From Cycas panzhihuaensis (lineage: Eukaryota; Plantae; Cycadophyta): a stretch of 64,000 bases of DNA. The DNA lies in the NCBI GenBank assembly GCA_023213395.1, contig CM041465.1, positions 231,577,741-231,641,740 on the forward strand. The letters run 5' to 3'. The notes below the pieces were generated by a model. That model saw only the letters and a program-made list of their open reading frames with translations, was not told the DNA's origin and did not search any database. How positions within the stretch are numbered: the stretch's first letter is position 1; each line of letters starts with the position of its first letter. This document shows, piece by piece, positions 38,770 to 53,300 of the stretch. A program made the translations under genes and the position numbers.

Positions 38770-41700
38770 GGTCCCATCCCCCGAGACTTTGAGTCCTTGA
38801 AGCGCTAAAAGTGTTGATGTTGCTTGATAAATTCTGTTGATTTCCATGTTGCTTTGTTAGGTCCACAACTGACCCACTGCACTAGATATTCAAAAATGGT
38901 TATACTCTAGAGAGGTTCTATTTCAGAGATGACATTGACAAATGCTTAAAATACACATAAGGGGAACTATGAGGATTTCTTCTTCTTGAAGGGTAAGGAG
39001 GGTTTTTTCGGGGTGATGGACTTTTCCAAGTATTTTTTTTAGGCAGGATACATAAAAAACATTAAGGATCTTGGTATCGGGTGGAAAGTCAAGAGCATAG
39101 GCTGCTGCACCAATTTGCTTGGTAACTTTATAGGGGCCATAGTAGTGGGGATTGAGCTTGCAGGATTTATCATTACGGAGGGATTGTGGCTTGTAAGGTT
39201 GGAGGTGAAGGAAGACCAAATCACCCACTTCAAAAGATCGATCAGATCGATGGTGATAGGATGAGCTCATGTTGAAGTAAGTTTCTAATGCTCGGAAGAG
39301 TTGTTGCCAAAATGTGCTTGTGGATTTAGGGTCTCTGTCTAATACAGTTGTAGATGGAAAACCATGAAGGTGGAAGATGAATTGCATATAGAGGTTAGTG
39401 AAACAGGGGGCTTTGTAAGTAGTATGGATGGGTATGAAATGAGCATATTTGGTCAATCGATCCATGATGACCCAAATTTAATCATAGCCGATTGAGGATG
39501 GGAGCCCAATGATAAAATCCATGGCAATGACTTGCCATTTGCCTTGAGGAATTTTTAGGGTCTGAAGTAGGCCTAGTTGGGCCTTGGTATCCACCTTATT
39601 ACGTTGGCATGTATCACATTCAGATATATATGTGAAGATGGCAGACTTAATATGGGACCAGAAGAAATCTGACTGAATCTAATGATATGTTTTGTCAAAT
39701 CTCGAATGTCCGCCAAGGGGGGTGTTGTGATATTCGGGGAAGATGCGGGGAATAAATGGTGAGGTCAGGTGAACAAGAATGTGGTTTTGGTAGAGAATGT
39801 GATTATTATGTAGAGTCCAATCTTTATGACTCTAAACTTTATTAGTCCATGTGGCAAAGTCAAGTTGAGCTTTGTTGTCTTTGGGCAAGTTTTATAGCCA
39901 AGAAGGTTGGGGCATAGAGATGGCCTGGATGGTGGGTTTAGATGGAAGACAGGAAAGGGCATCTCCAACAACATTGCCCTTGCCCTTCTTATATCAGATG
40001 GTGAAGTCAAAGACCTGTAATCTGTGAACCCACATGGCTTGTTCTTTAGACAGAACTGGTTGGTCTAATAGATGTTGAAGACTATGGTGATCAGTCAAAT
40101 TAGTAAACATAGATCCAAGCAGATACTGACGCTAGTTGTCTATTGCATATAGAATGGCCCTATTTTTTTTTTTTTTTTGATAGATTGACATCCTACACTC
40201 ATGTTGTTTGAGCTTACGACTTTCAAATGTGATTGGGTGAACATTTTACATGAAGATAGCCCCTAACCCAATACCTGAAGCATCACATTCTAATTGAAAG
40301 GCTAGGAAAAATCTGGATGGCGAGGATTGATGTGGTTGACATGAATATTTTCAAATGGTTGAAAACATCGTCAACATTTGGTGACCATAAAAAGAGTCCT
40401 TGCAGAGTAAATTTGTTAAGAGGCCTACAATGGAGGTGTAATATTTGATGAATTGACGATAAAAGCCAATTAGTCTGAGGAAGCCCCATAATTGGGTGAG
40501 GTTCTTTGGTGTGGGCCACTGAGAGATGATTGATATTTTATCTGGATCAACTCTTACACCTTTTGTGGAAATGATGTGACCTAGGTACTATAGTTCAGTT
40601 TTACCAAATTCGCATTTCAGCATCTTGGCATATAACTAGTTTCGGTCAAGAATCTAAAGGGCAGTTTCCAAATGTTGGAGATGTAAGGACATGTCAATGG
40701 TATAAATGAGTATATCATCAAATAAGACAATAATGAATTTGCGAAGATAAGGTGTAAAAATTTTATTCATGATGGCTTAGAGGGTGGCTGGAGTATTACA
40801 TGGCCCAAATGGCATGACTTGAACTCGAAGTGGCCATGGTGAGTTTGGAAAGCCATTTTATGCTTGTTTTTAGGTGTTATTGGTATTTGATAGCATCCAG
40901 ATTGCAAGTCTAATTTAGAAAAAAATTGTGGTCCCATGGATCTCATCTAACATATCATCAATTTGGGGGGTGGGGGAACTTATTCTTAATGGTGAGTTTG
41001 TTGAGTTTTCTATAATCAACACAAAGCCGAAAAGAGCCATCTTTTTTGTGAACTAGCATAATAGGGGTTGCATAAGGGCTTTTATTGGGCTGTATTATTC
41101 CCATGTCTATGAGTTTGTTGGTAATGTGCTCAATCTCATTCCTTTGAAAGTAAGAATTTTGGTTTGGACGTAGGTGGATGGGGTTATGGGGGTTTGAGTT
41201 TGATGATGTGGTAAAACTTGCGAACTGGGGAAAGGTTACCAGGTAGGGGGGCACAAGCGGGTTGGTATTTAGTTAGAATGGTTTGGACATCCAGGTGGTC
41301 TTCTAACTACGGTTGAATGCTATTTAGGCAAACAATATATCCAACAGTATCGTTGAGTTGCTTGTTCATCTACTTGGGGAAATAAGTTTGTTTGGTGGTG
41401 ATTAGAGACGGTAAAGTTTGTGAGTTTGGCCATTTTGATCTTTAAACATTATAAATGTATTATTTGGGGAATTATTGGTGTTGTAAGTTTCTAACGTTTG
41501 GAGCCATTGGACTCCTAAGATGGCGTATGATCCCCCAATGGATAAGGCATAAAAATTTGAGCTAAGTTGATATGTGTCAATTTGGACTTGGAGATTTTGA
41601 ATAACTCCCACACAATGAAGGTTGTAGTGGCTTGGTAAAGAACAATTAAAACCTATTTTTGGCTTGATGTAAAGGTTTAGTTGTCTGGCTATTGCAGTAT

Positions 41701-42900
41701 CTATGAAGTTTAATGATGTGTCATTGTTGATTAAAATTGTGATGGGAGTCTTCCTTAGTGTCCCTCTTACTCACAATGGATCAGGGCAGGTCGAAGAGGA
41801 AACAACGGATAAGGATGCTTCGGGTATGGGTTCAAGTGGCGGGGAGGTTTCCAACAATGTTTCATCTTCGGAATTAGAATCGAGGTCGATGGTGAATATT
41901 ACTCTTTTAGCTTTACATACTTTACTGTGTCCGGGGAACCATTGTTCTGCACACTGTGAACATAGGTCGGCTTCCTTGCATTTGTGTACCTCTAATGTGG
42001 GCATCTGTACTGGTGTCGATGATTGTTCTATTGTTGGTCATTCTACTGGTTGTTGTTGGGGGTCCTCTGCTCGAAACCTCGGGGACCTATATGGATTTGC
42101 TAGCCTTGGGCTGTTGGACCATGTTGAGTCCTCCAAAATTGAATGCTCACTTTGTGACAAACTCAACTTCAATTGCCTTGGTTGTATTGATGGTATTTTT
42201 GAGACTAGGGGGCTGGCTGGTCTTTAGTTTCATTTGAATCCTTTCTTTGAGACCAACTATGTACATTTCAATCAACATCTACTTATCAAAATTTTGGGTA
42301 ACTCTATTGTGAATAGCCTAGTACTCGTCAGTATATGCTTCTATCGAAGTTGATTGTGTTAATCGAGTAAGTTGGCTAAAAAAAGATTGGTTCTATGTTT
42401 CCTTGTATTGCTCGTACGAGCATTTACAAAATTGATCTCATGTTTGATTTGTTGGATATTCTTGAGTCCACCATTTATACTAGTGATGGGCTTTTCCTTC
42501 CAAGTGGATGGAGGCAAATATCAACTGATGAACTTGGGACATCTGATTGAGTGCAAAGTATGATTCCAGTTTACTAATCCGATTGCAGGTTGCATCCTTA
42601 TTGAGGTATGGATCAAAGATCGCTATATTGATCTTATGATTAAATGTTTGTTGACCTGGAGACTAGGGAGGTGGGGTTCCACCTTGTGAAGTGTTTATGG
42701 AGTTGGAGGTGGATATCGAGATGAAATTGGAGATTGGATATGTATGACTGCGACGTCTTTGGCTAGATTTGCAAGGTCCATTGAGAGTTTGGATGTATCT
42801 TGTTGATGTTTGTCCTGCACAGGGTGCCTGTAGGTTGATTTTCTCCGAAAATGACAGTTAAAAATGACCTAGTGGAGATTGATCAGCACGATGCGCTGAT
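38770..42900 (-). mobile_element. Degenerate chromovirus-type Ty3/Gypsy internal region (gag, protease, RT, RNase H, integrase, chromodomain remnant)
   Basis: LGVQWLQTL (protease region), [27 protein letters not shown] (RT), DRLTKYAHF, DRDPKSTSTFW, YYGPYKV and VFYVSCLKK (INT/GPY-F); PBS-like GCGCTGATCA near 42893. Confidence 0.9.
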
Positions 42901-43004
42901 CAAAATAAGATGTATGAATTTTTATGGTCACTTTAGGGTCATGGACGTTTTGTTTGTGTTGAGTCTAATGGTGCAGGTCTTGCCTAAATCCGAGAAGTAT
43001 TGGT

Positions 43005-43542
43005 TGTTAAACCCTTATGTTTACATGCTAAGTAATGTACTTTATATTGTAACATTATGTAAAGGTGTCTTATCACCTAATGTGATGAAGTACACACCCA
43101 CATTCTTTCTAGTAGCACAATGTTGTGACTTGAGGGTCCATGTACCCCTAATGCACCTTTGCTCACAAGAGAGCCCAGCAAACACTTATCCCACATGCAA
43201 ATGGCATGCATGTTTGATAGTTGTCAAACATAAAGCCCCCCCAAGATCTCTCCTCCAACTCTACATATTGAGACCAATTCTCATGTATCACACAAGAGAG
43301 TGAGTATCGTATTGTTATGCTAAAATTTTTGAATCCAAGTCAATCTTGTTTATTTGGAGTGAGGAACAATTCCTACTCCCCCACATCTTGTGTCCTTTCT
43401 TGTGCTTGGTTCATATGCTTGGTTCATTGCTTAGGTGCTCATCTTCATAGCCTTGCTATAGATGCTAATCATCTTATTATGTTAGCATACTCGCTCTCTA
43501 AGTGATTCTAGGGTTGTGTTCATCATTAATTGGTGTGAGAGC
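43005..43542 (+). mobile_element. LTR of the same Copia group as 10075-10621, opposite orientation, followed by PBS-like TGGTGTGAGAGC (43531-43542)
   Basis: Starts TGTTAAACCCTTATGTTTACATG, the reverse complement of the 10621 end; similarity continues to ~43480. Confidence 0.75.
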
Positions 43543-43999
43543 TAAATGCTATACTCTTCATTGGCAAAGTTATGACTCTTTTTTTTTTTTTTTTTCGAGA
43601 TTGAAGAGGACTAATTGAGGAGTCTGAAGGACTGAACTCAACTAGACTGAATATTGACTCGGATATGGGTTGGACTCGAGTGAAGTGAATATTGACTATG
43701 ATATGGACTAGACGGGACATAAGTGATATTGAAAATTTGGACAGGATCTCCAATGTTGTGTTTCTAGATGTTGATTGTACTAAAAGATCTTGGGAGTTGA
43801 ACTATGCAAATTTTACAGAAATGTAATGAGTGAGTGGCATTTATAAGGAATGCTTTTTCTAATTTAAATTCAGCAATAGTTCATAGTTGTTTTTTTAATC
43901 TTGCAGTCGAGAATTTGTGGTGGTTCTTTAGCAGTATCAATAAATGTACAACAATCTTAAGATCTTTGTATGGAATGCTTGTGTAATAAATGTTGTACA

Positions 44000-44690
44000 G
44001 GTGATAGGGGGACCTACCAGACTTTGACAAAGGAGTGTTTGGCTCTGTAGGCCCTGCAATAAACTTCCATGCCATTATTGTATCTCGGCATAATATCTCA
44101 GGGCACTACCTACGAAGGAATATCCATACCTATAGGGTCTACAACCGTGCAAGTGTGTTTAAGTAGGGTAACTTTTGGGCACTAGTTGCTATCTCGTGCA
44201 CCATAGATGGATAAATGGCTGACAATCTTCCTATGCTAAGTTGGTAAGGAAACCGATAAGGGTCCTCTTATATACGTGGAAGTATATGGAGGCTCAATTT
44301 CATAGATGGGTTCTGTCTAAGGCCTGGGTATTTACGCAATCCACACCTCACTTCACACAACAGCATATACCTAACTGTGCTTAGCCAGAAATGACAGATC
44401 CCCATGATTTTTATAGACCCTCGGCATTGGGTCTGTTCCTAGACTCCTCGGGAAGGGAGGGTGGAACTCAAGATTTGGACTATGCTGCCGACTTGCAATT
44501 GACGGACATAGAGTAGCAAAACTAATCAGAACCTTAAAATGAAATTGCTTGTAAGGATAGGTTTCAAAAATCACGAGGGGGGGGGGAGGGGAAATTCTTT
44601 TCTGCACCTTTAAAATACTTTTACTGGATCCCTGCACCCTATTATGATCCCACTTGATAGAAATCCAACCAACAATTTTCACACCAAAGG
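44000..44690 (-). mobile_element. Copia 5' leader fragment homologous to 24968-25310
   Basis: Reverse complement shares GGTCTATAAAAATC, GGATCTGTC, TGGCTAAGCACA, AATACCCAGGCCT, TTGAGCCTCCA and GGCCTAC blocks in the same order. Confidence 0.75.
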
Positions 44691-44715
44691 AAGATTATGA
44701 GGGAAAATAGAGCAT

Positions 44716-45052
44716 AATAGATTTTTATTAACACTTCAATAGTTTTGATTACATCAAAAGCATAAGAGTAGAGTGTCAAGAAGCTTAAAGAACACCAAAA
44801 GATAAGATGTATGCAAGTACAATCTCACAAGACAAGATTATGACATAAGAGATTTCTTTACAAATGCTTGGCCTTAAGTGAACAAAAGTGGTCGCTTTTC
44901 ATAGCATCCTATTGGTGAACCTTGTGGCTTTTAATCTCATTGGTGGAGATATGCGGCCCACGCACACAAATCAATAATTGACATTAGCCTTCTCCACCTT
45001 AACCATGTGGTTGGATACTTATGTGTCACTAACCTTGGGAGGATATTTAACA
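44716..45052 (-). repeat. LTR copy, direct repeat of 38434-38769
   Basis: Collinear ~337-bp match ending AACCTTGGGAGG...TTAACA. Confidence 0.85.
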
Positions 45053-46699
45053 TACTCCTCGTATCAATTGTGTCAAGTCATTATTGGATTTAATTTAAGG
45101 AGTTTTCTTTTTCGTACCACATATACAAGAGGGCATACCGCATCCTGTCTCTTGGTTAATCCATGCGTAAATTCTCAGTTCACTCCTTTATTAAGATTTC
45201 TTTAGGCATATTTATGCCCCTTCACAATCCCATACAAGAAAGAGATTATAAGCATCCTCATGCTTATGAATTACTCATTCCATTACTTTAAAAAATGTCA
45301 TCTCTAAGAATCTATTGCAAGAAAATATACTATACTCTTATTGGGATCAATTTCATTATCCAATGGGTCTTCTTGAAGTAATAAATGTTAATTGGAATAT
45401 AGTTTCTTATCCCAAGAGTTTTCTTTAATTAATATCAAGGTAATACTTTTCTTCTTGATGTAACAAGGAAGAACAATTTGAGTAGTGAGGGTTTTATAAG
45501 TCCATTTTTGGTTTTAAATTATGTATTAGGATATTATTACATGGTTTCTTGCATTTATCATTCAAACAGTACATTTGTTATATCAATGCAAAGATGGATG
45601 TTTACTTATTTACTAGTTATTTTAATCATCCATCATTTGTTGCAATAAAACTATACAATTTCTAGAACTATTTAGAATCATACATCATAGGGAATTTCTA
45701 GCAACATTAATACTATTTCCAGGTACATGGAGATATAATGTTTTAAATGCATATTTAAATGGAGATATAATAATGAAAATATAATGTATTAAATGCATAT
45801 TTAAATGCTTATGGGTTTATGGAAGAATAATACATTGATTCAAACTCACAAGAGCCTTTTTTATCCTTGAGTATACTTGGATTTTATCTTCCATGGATGA
45901 AGTGTAATGGAAGGTACTCGCGGAAGCTATAATCCAATGCCCCAATGCTCACTCTAGTAGAATCTGCTTAATTCAAAAATATGGCATAATGGTCTCCCAT
46001 GCTCATTAGATGGTTATATAAAAAGAAATCACAATGAGTTCATCTCTTGTACAAGTGGTGAAGGAATATTCTTGGTGAAGTTTGTCATTTAGAAGAGAAA
46101 TAGCACTCCATCTTTTGTGCACAACTTTGCATGCCCACCCCTTGTGCATGTTTTTTTATAATTAATCCCACTTTCTCACTCACTTTGCCTTTCGAGGTTA
46201 ATTGGAGGGTGGAATTCCTTCTTGTAACAATTTGCAACCTCTTATTTTCTTTTATCATGGTTGGCTTTATAAAATCTTTCAATCTTCTTGCTCCAACAAA
46301 TGATCATTGTCTCACCTTGTTTTTGGCTCCTCTTTTTTTTTTCCCTTTTATCATTTTTACCTTTTCCAATTTCTAGCCTAAGCTTAATCTTGATATTACT
46401 CAGGTAATTTGCTTCTGTCTTTTGTAGAGAATTCCTTGATATTAGCACTCAATGCTACCTCTTAGAGAATCATAGTAGGCTTGTCCCCTAGTATCTATTT
46501 TCTTGAATTGTTGTGTAGGTTTACCATTTGTAATTCAAGAAATTGCTACGATTCTAGGGCAATGACGCCTTTAAATGGTACAAAAGGGATCTCCAAGTCT
46601 ACATGGTCACATAGATTTATTACCAGCATGGAAGGAACAACGAAAATATTGATGGCAAAAGAAAAGAAACAAGTAATAAAGTCTCCATGATATTTGGCA

Positions 46700-46860
46700 C
46701 TTGAAATGGTCAAGAATGGCTTAAATGGGTCTAGAAATGACCATAAATGGTCAAAACAAGCCCTGAAACAGTCAGAACATGCCCATAAACGATCAAAATG
46801 GTTGCAAGAATGATTAGAACGGTTCTAGGAATGATCAGAATGCCTCCAAGAATGGTTTTA
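46700..46860. repeat. Degenerate ~22-bp tandem repeat
   Basis: Recurring AAATGGTCAAGAATG / AATGATCAGAATG-like units. Confidence 0.5.
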
Positions 46861-47385
46861 CACTAGCACTTGGAGTACAATGGGAAGCGATCATACAACC
46901 ATACAACCATATAGAAACAACATGCTTTAACAAAGTGTAATCAAGTTTTATTATGAAAGGTCAAAAGTTACTTGGGACGGTTTTGATTTTTAGGTCAAAA
47001 TGATGTAAAACAAAGTGTAAATAGGACATTCTAATCTCGATTTAGTTGTTAGAGTCGATTTAGTGGAACATAGGCAATATTCTCTAGTATGAGTGTCAAT
47101 TTATCAAGCATACCCAAAGGTGTAAATATCCCAAGTTTTGTACTTTTGACCATTGGCTAATGGAATATTGAGTTGTGGGGAAGAATGTGTGCAATGGTAT
47201 ACATGTATGATGGATATTGTATGTGTTTCCTATATGTTGTACTGTTGCAAAGAAGAGTACTAACATGCAACAGTCAATAAGAAGTGTGGATTGATGAAGA
47301 CTGACATCTGGGTGTAAAGAGGTCACAAAACCGATATGTTAATGGGTAGTTTTGGGGCATCGATGTGTAGCGTATCAGTCACAAT

Positions 47386-50300
47386 TGGTTCCGTTGCTAA
47401 ATACCTTTAACAAGAGCCTGAGTTTCTGGGAGGGTGAAAGGCTATGCTCAGATACCAAAGGGTCTTGGTTACTGATGAGATGACAGTTTCTAACTAAACC
47501 ATGGTAGCCAAGGGAACTTCTAATTCTACCTAAGAGGCTTTTGAATAGGGAAAATCCAGAATCTAGCCTAGAAAGGGAACTTTGTTCGGCTAAGGAGAAA
47601 GGGTTAAAACAAGTGTAAAATATGAGAGCACTATCAAGAAAGGGGACTAGGGGAAGGTCTATTGATACATCAGAAGGAAGCAAGTTATTAACACCCTAAG
47701 TAATTGAGAGTACAGTAGGCAATCTTGTAGCATAAACTTTGCAATACTAAGAAACCAATGAAGATAATTTCAAAGAAATTTTAGTAAATGGAGAAGACAA
47801 ATCTGATTTAGAAGGAAGTTTGAAGAATATAAGTGATAATGGAAAAAGGCCAATAGAAAGTCCTATGGCAAGTTGGGAAAACTACTTCATAAGGAAGTTA
47901 TTTGATACGCTACTGGAGCCAGGAGATGACAGATTCATAATATAAATGCCATTGGGAATACAAATACTAGGAATTGAAACAACTATACAGTTGAAGAGTT
48001 AATAATCCACTATTCAAGAATACAAGGAAACCTATAGTGGACTCAGGATCTCTGCCACAATCTAGAAATGCAACAATCATAAGCATGTCACAAAAAATGG
48101 TGACATCAACAAGTTACCACAACGAAGGTGCCTTTGACCATTTAATTTTCAATGGCACATTTGATGTAGTAGAGCACCTATATCTATTTAAAAACATGGT
48201 GGAAGTGAGAAGAATTACAGATGAGGAAGATATTAAAGGAAGATTTGCATGCACCTTGAGAGGGGTAACATTGGTATGATATAAGGAATTAAATGCTAAA
48301 ACCAAGTCATGGGAAGAGATAGCTAAGGAATTCTAGGAAAGATTCTAGAAACAAAGAAGTAATGAAGCAATTATTTGAAGCTTTGACAATGACCTTAGGA
48401 ATCTATATTGGATTTTGCAAGTAGAATGTCGATAGTTGTTAGGAACATGGTTGATAAGGAAAAAATCCTAGTTTACCTAATGAAAGGTTATTTTATTAAT
48501 GGATTACAAGCAAAAATAAGGGATTCTATGAAGCACAATTCAACTAAAACATTTGCAAAGGTAAAGGAGTTGGACCTAGAATCTAAAAAAGAGATGGATT
48601 TTGAGGAAACAAACAAGTAGGATGATGCATTGAAAATGCTACATAATGAAATTAGGGAGTTAAGTGTGGAAAAGGTAAAGAAAGTCTATAAGGCAATCAT
48701 AAGAGAAGAACCATTAGAAGTGGAAACATTATGAAAAGAGATTGAAAGATTGAAGCTACAACTAAGAAAGAAGGAACTTGCGAAAATTGAGAGTAAACCT
48801 ACTAGTAATTGTTGAACTTAGGCAAATGTTGCCCCATTTATGAATCCACAATACATAATCTATGGGATTGCTACTATAACAAATGCCAAAATAATGTTCG
48901 AGACAAGAGCTAAAGCAGAGAAGAAGGTCGGTCTTCATATTTGAGTAAAATAATATTTGACCAATAAAAGAAAAAAAAATATCGGTGGGAAGATGTATGA
49001 TTTGTTTGGAGTTTGGGCATTGGAGTCAGATTACTCCTATGAAAAAGTTGGAGACAATAGTAGCCACGAATGCAAAATTTATGGACTGTGTATTCACACT
49101 TTAAAAGATTGTCCAGTAAACATGAGACCAGGCAAAATTGTGTTGATTGTGTCAAACACACTCAAAATCGTGAATCTATAAATAAAAAGTTAACTGACAA
49201 TTAATCCTAAGAATGATGGGTCAAAGCACCCAAAACCTAAGATGGAAAGTGATCGCTTTGCCCAAGTAAAGAAGCACTGGAGGAAGTAGCCAAGGAATTA
49301 GAAAAGTGTTGTTGCACTTTACCCAAACTAGAGGTGAAGCAAGTATATAAAAGAAGGGCATCCTCAAAACGAAGTGAGCTCGCCATAGTAGAGAAGCCAT
49401 AAGTAACTAAAACTACACAAATTGACATGGTTAATCTATTTAACAACATTCCCTTAGAAGACATTTTGTGGATGCTAAAACTATTGAATAATCTGGCAGA
49501 GCAATTAAAGTTAACCGTTCCATTGTCACAAGTAATCCAATGGCTAGAAACATGAGTATTTCAAGTTTAAAACTCTCAAGGAGCATATAAGGCTGTAAAA
49601 GAAATAATGGCAATGAATAACCCATATGAACAATAGCCCAAGGGTTATGGGAAATTGTAGCCAAACCTAGACTTTAAAGGCAGTGATAAAAATTTTATGA
49701 CAAGGCTAGTTGAGACCTTCTTCACAACTTTTGAAATTAGGCTAAGAAATAAGATCATTTTAGTGTAGTTTGCTTTAAATGGAGCAACACAAGTTTGGTG
49801 GAATGGGATACAAAATAAAGGTGAGGAGGAGAGAGAATCCTTTGATGGATAGGATAAGATGGAATAGATGACGACACAATGGTTTGCACCTTCGAATGAT
49901 AGAGTTGAAGCCTTGAAGCAAGTAGCCTTGATTAGACCAACTAGGATTGTCTTGGAGTTTAGTTAGAAAATGGAGAATCTTTTCTCATGTACTAGATATG
50001 CTAGTAAGCCACTATTCAAGGCCTTAGATATCCCATCAAAAGTGCAATGACTCTTTTAGAAGCATCTACTATGAGGGAGGCAATTAAATGAGCTTTAAGG
50101 GTTGAAAGTTTTGAGAGTGAAACAAGTGTGCAACCATTTAAGTAGAAGACCTTTAAGAGAGGATTTTCCCATAGTATAAAAGAAAAAGATTCTTTAAGCC
50201 TTAATATAAGGGAAACTTTAGAAAGAAAAGTTTTCAAATGAAGCCCTTCAATCTTAGTATCAAACCTCAATAAATGGAGAAGATCTATTGCATCTACAAG

Positions 50301-53300
50301 TTGTTAGGGCACTCCATAAGAACTTGTCATAATCAAGCTAAAGGATCAAGCTGAAATAATCAACATGGATAGAGAAAGCCTCAACCTAAGGTAACTTTAA
50401 CAATATGTAGGAATAAGCTAACCAAAAAGATTATTCATAAGAGACTATCCAAAAAAGTGTGTGAAGACTTCCAAGGCACTGATTTGTTCCTCATTAGGGG
50501 ATAAATGAATGTTGTTGATGCTTTTTTATTGGTAGATAATGGTTGTTCTCACAATTTCATTTATATAAATTTCTATAAAAAGTTGAATCTACAAATTAAG
50601 CCCATTGATTATGAGTGACAAGTTGAATTGGCAGGTGGACAAAGCACGATGTGTGGGATAAATGTATCCTATAAGTACTAGTGGTGATACAAGAGTATCA
50701 AGACCAAATACGTTTTGATATGATGGAAATTGGCTGGTGGACAGTGTTACAAACTTCCCTAAAGATAGTTAATTAAATTATTAAGTGAATAGACGCTTTT
50801 GAACAGTTGCAACCTTCTCTAAAAAGGTCCTATTATATACATATAAATATGCCCTCAAATGTATGGTGAAACATCACTTATCTTTTATCAATAAAATCAA
50901 TTGGTCTGTTGACTATAAATCTTTTCAAAGCGCTCTTGTGTATTCATAATATCTAACTCTCTCTTCAAGTTATGGAGTAGGTCCGTAATAGACAGAAATG
51001 GCTACACACATTAGGTGTGCACATTCTGTCAAGGATTTATGTGTTAGACTTCATCAATTATAGAACTAGGTCGTAATTGCACTGAGATAAGGGCATTAGG
51101 AATATCATTCTGGTCTTCATTATGCATCTTAAGAGGATAATATAGAATTCCTTCGTTACTAATTATATAGTGCATGCAAATGGAGTGGGTGAACCACCCA
51201 ATGGGGAAGGTGCGACAAACCCACTAGAAGTAATATCACTATTGGAGGAATATTCTAATGTATTCCTTAATGATTTAGGTAGGCATTTGTTTGTGTACAG
51301 GGAGGTAGATCACCAAATAGTTTTGGAAGAGAGTTCAAGGCCAATCTATTGAGTTCCTTACAACTTGAGCCATGAAGAAAAAGAGAAAGCTGAGAGGCAG
51401 ATAAAGGATTTTCTAGAGAAGGTATTTATGCAACCTTCAATATCCCCTTTTGGAACTCTAGTGTTTTTGGTATGAAAGAAGGATGGTACAATGCGAATGC
51501 ACATTGATTATAGAGCCTTGAATAGGATAACTGTCAAGGATAAATATTCTCTTCAAAGGATAGATGATTTGTTACATTAAATGAAAGGGAGCACTATGTT
51601 CTTAAAGATAGATTTGAGAAGTGGATATCATCAAATTAGAATATGTGATATGTGACTCTAACATACAAAAGATTTTTTTAACTACTTGTGATGGACATTA
51701 TGAATATTTAGTAATGCCTTTTAGTTTGACAAATGCTCCAACATCTTTTATGAGTTTGATGTACAATGTACTTAGATCCTATTTGGGAAAATTCATGAGA
51801 GTTTTCCTTGACGACATCATGATTTTTAATAAAAATAAACAAGAGCATGTTAATTGCTTAAGAATGGTGCTAGACATTCTACGAAAAGTGAAGTTATATG
51901 CAAAACTATCTAAATGTGATTTCATGTAAGAGGAAATTGAATACCTAGGAGACATTGTCTCCCCTAAAGAAGTCAGGAGATTCATTTAGACTTGAAGATA
52001 TCAAGATAGTTTTGAAATGTTAAGAAAAAAATTGACAGAAGCTCCAATATTAACGTTGCTAGGCACCTTGAAACCTTTTAGGGTGCATACATATGCAAGT
52101 GGCTATTAAATAGGGGTAGAATTTACATAAGAAAGAAAGGTGATTGCCTATGGGAATAGGAAGATGAATGGGATTGAGCAAAAATACTCAATCCTTAATA
52201 AGGAGCTTCTAGTTGTGATACATGCCATTAAGAGGGAGCATTGTTTAAGGGGGGAATGATTTTGAAGTGGTGATAGACCATAGACGTTTATTGAATTTTT
52301 TTCCCAAAGGGTGAAGTGACCTTGAGACAATATAGATGAGCTATGTTTTTCAAGGAATCTGGGCCAAAGATGTTGTATCGGGTAGGAAAAGAGAAAATAG
52401 GGGAAGATGCTCTCTTTTGTATACCTAAAGTGAGTAATGCTTTAGTCATTCAAGACAATTTGAAAAAGAAAATTGAGGAAGCATAAAGTCACGATGAATA
52501 GTATAAGAAGGTAAGGGATTCTTTCTAGTGAAAGGAGACCTAATGCTTAAAAGTTGTAATGAAAATACTCTTTGGAAGAAAGATAGGATTGTTACAGATA
52601 TAGTGGAACTAAAACACAAAATCCTATTTGAAATTCATGATAGCCAATTTGCTAACAATGTAGGTGTTGATAAAATAACAGAGGTTGTAGAAAGGCATGT
52701 TTATTGGAAGATTATGAATAAAAAAATAATAGACTATATTAAAACATGTGAACAATGTCAAGTAAATAAAATTAATGTAGAAAAGGTAGAAGGTTTGTTA
52801 ATGGCCTTACCAAGGCCATAACAAAAATGTCATAGTATATCTATGGATTTTGTAACATGCTTGTCAAAAACACAAAAGCAAAATGATCAAATCTTAATCA
52901 CAATTGATAGACTCATTCTTATGGTAATATTCGCCCCTTGCCTTACGATGCATAAGGTATTAAATATTGTTAACTTATTGATAGTTTAGATGCTCTCTTA
53001 ATTTGGATTTCCCAAATCAATAATGAGTGATAAAGACATAAACTTCATAGGCCAATTGTGGCAAGAACTTTTTAAAGCTATTAAAATTGATTTATGGTAT
53101 AGTAGTGGGGATCACTCATAAGCTAAACAAAAAGAGTAAATCAGATGGTGGAAAGCATACTTAGATCAAATGTGGCAATTAAACATAAATCATGGGAATA
53201 AAGTCTTCCATATGTGGAGTTTTCATATAATAATAGTAAGCACCCAATTGTTGGGATGATACCATTCAAAGCATGTATGACTATAATCAAGTAATACACT

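Noticed and set aside
45720-45870. Duplicated Copia RT-like motif (NAYLNG)
   Set aside because: Isolated tiny fragment; no element can be reconstructed.
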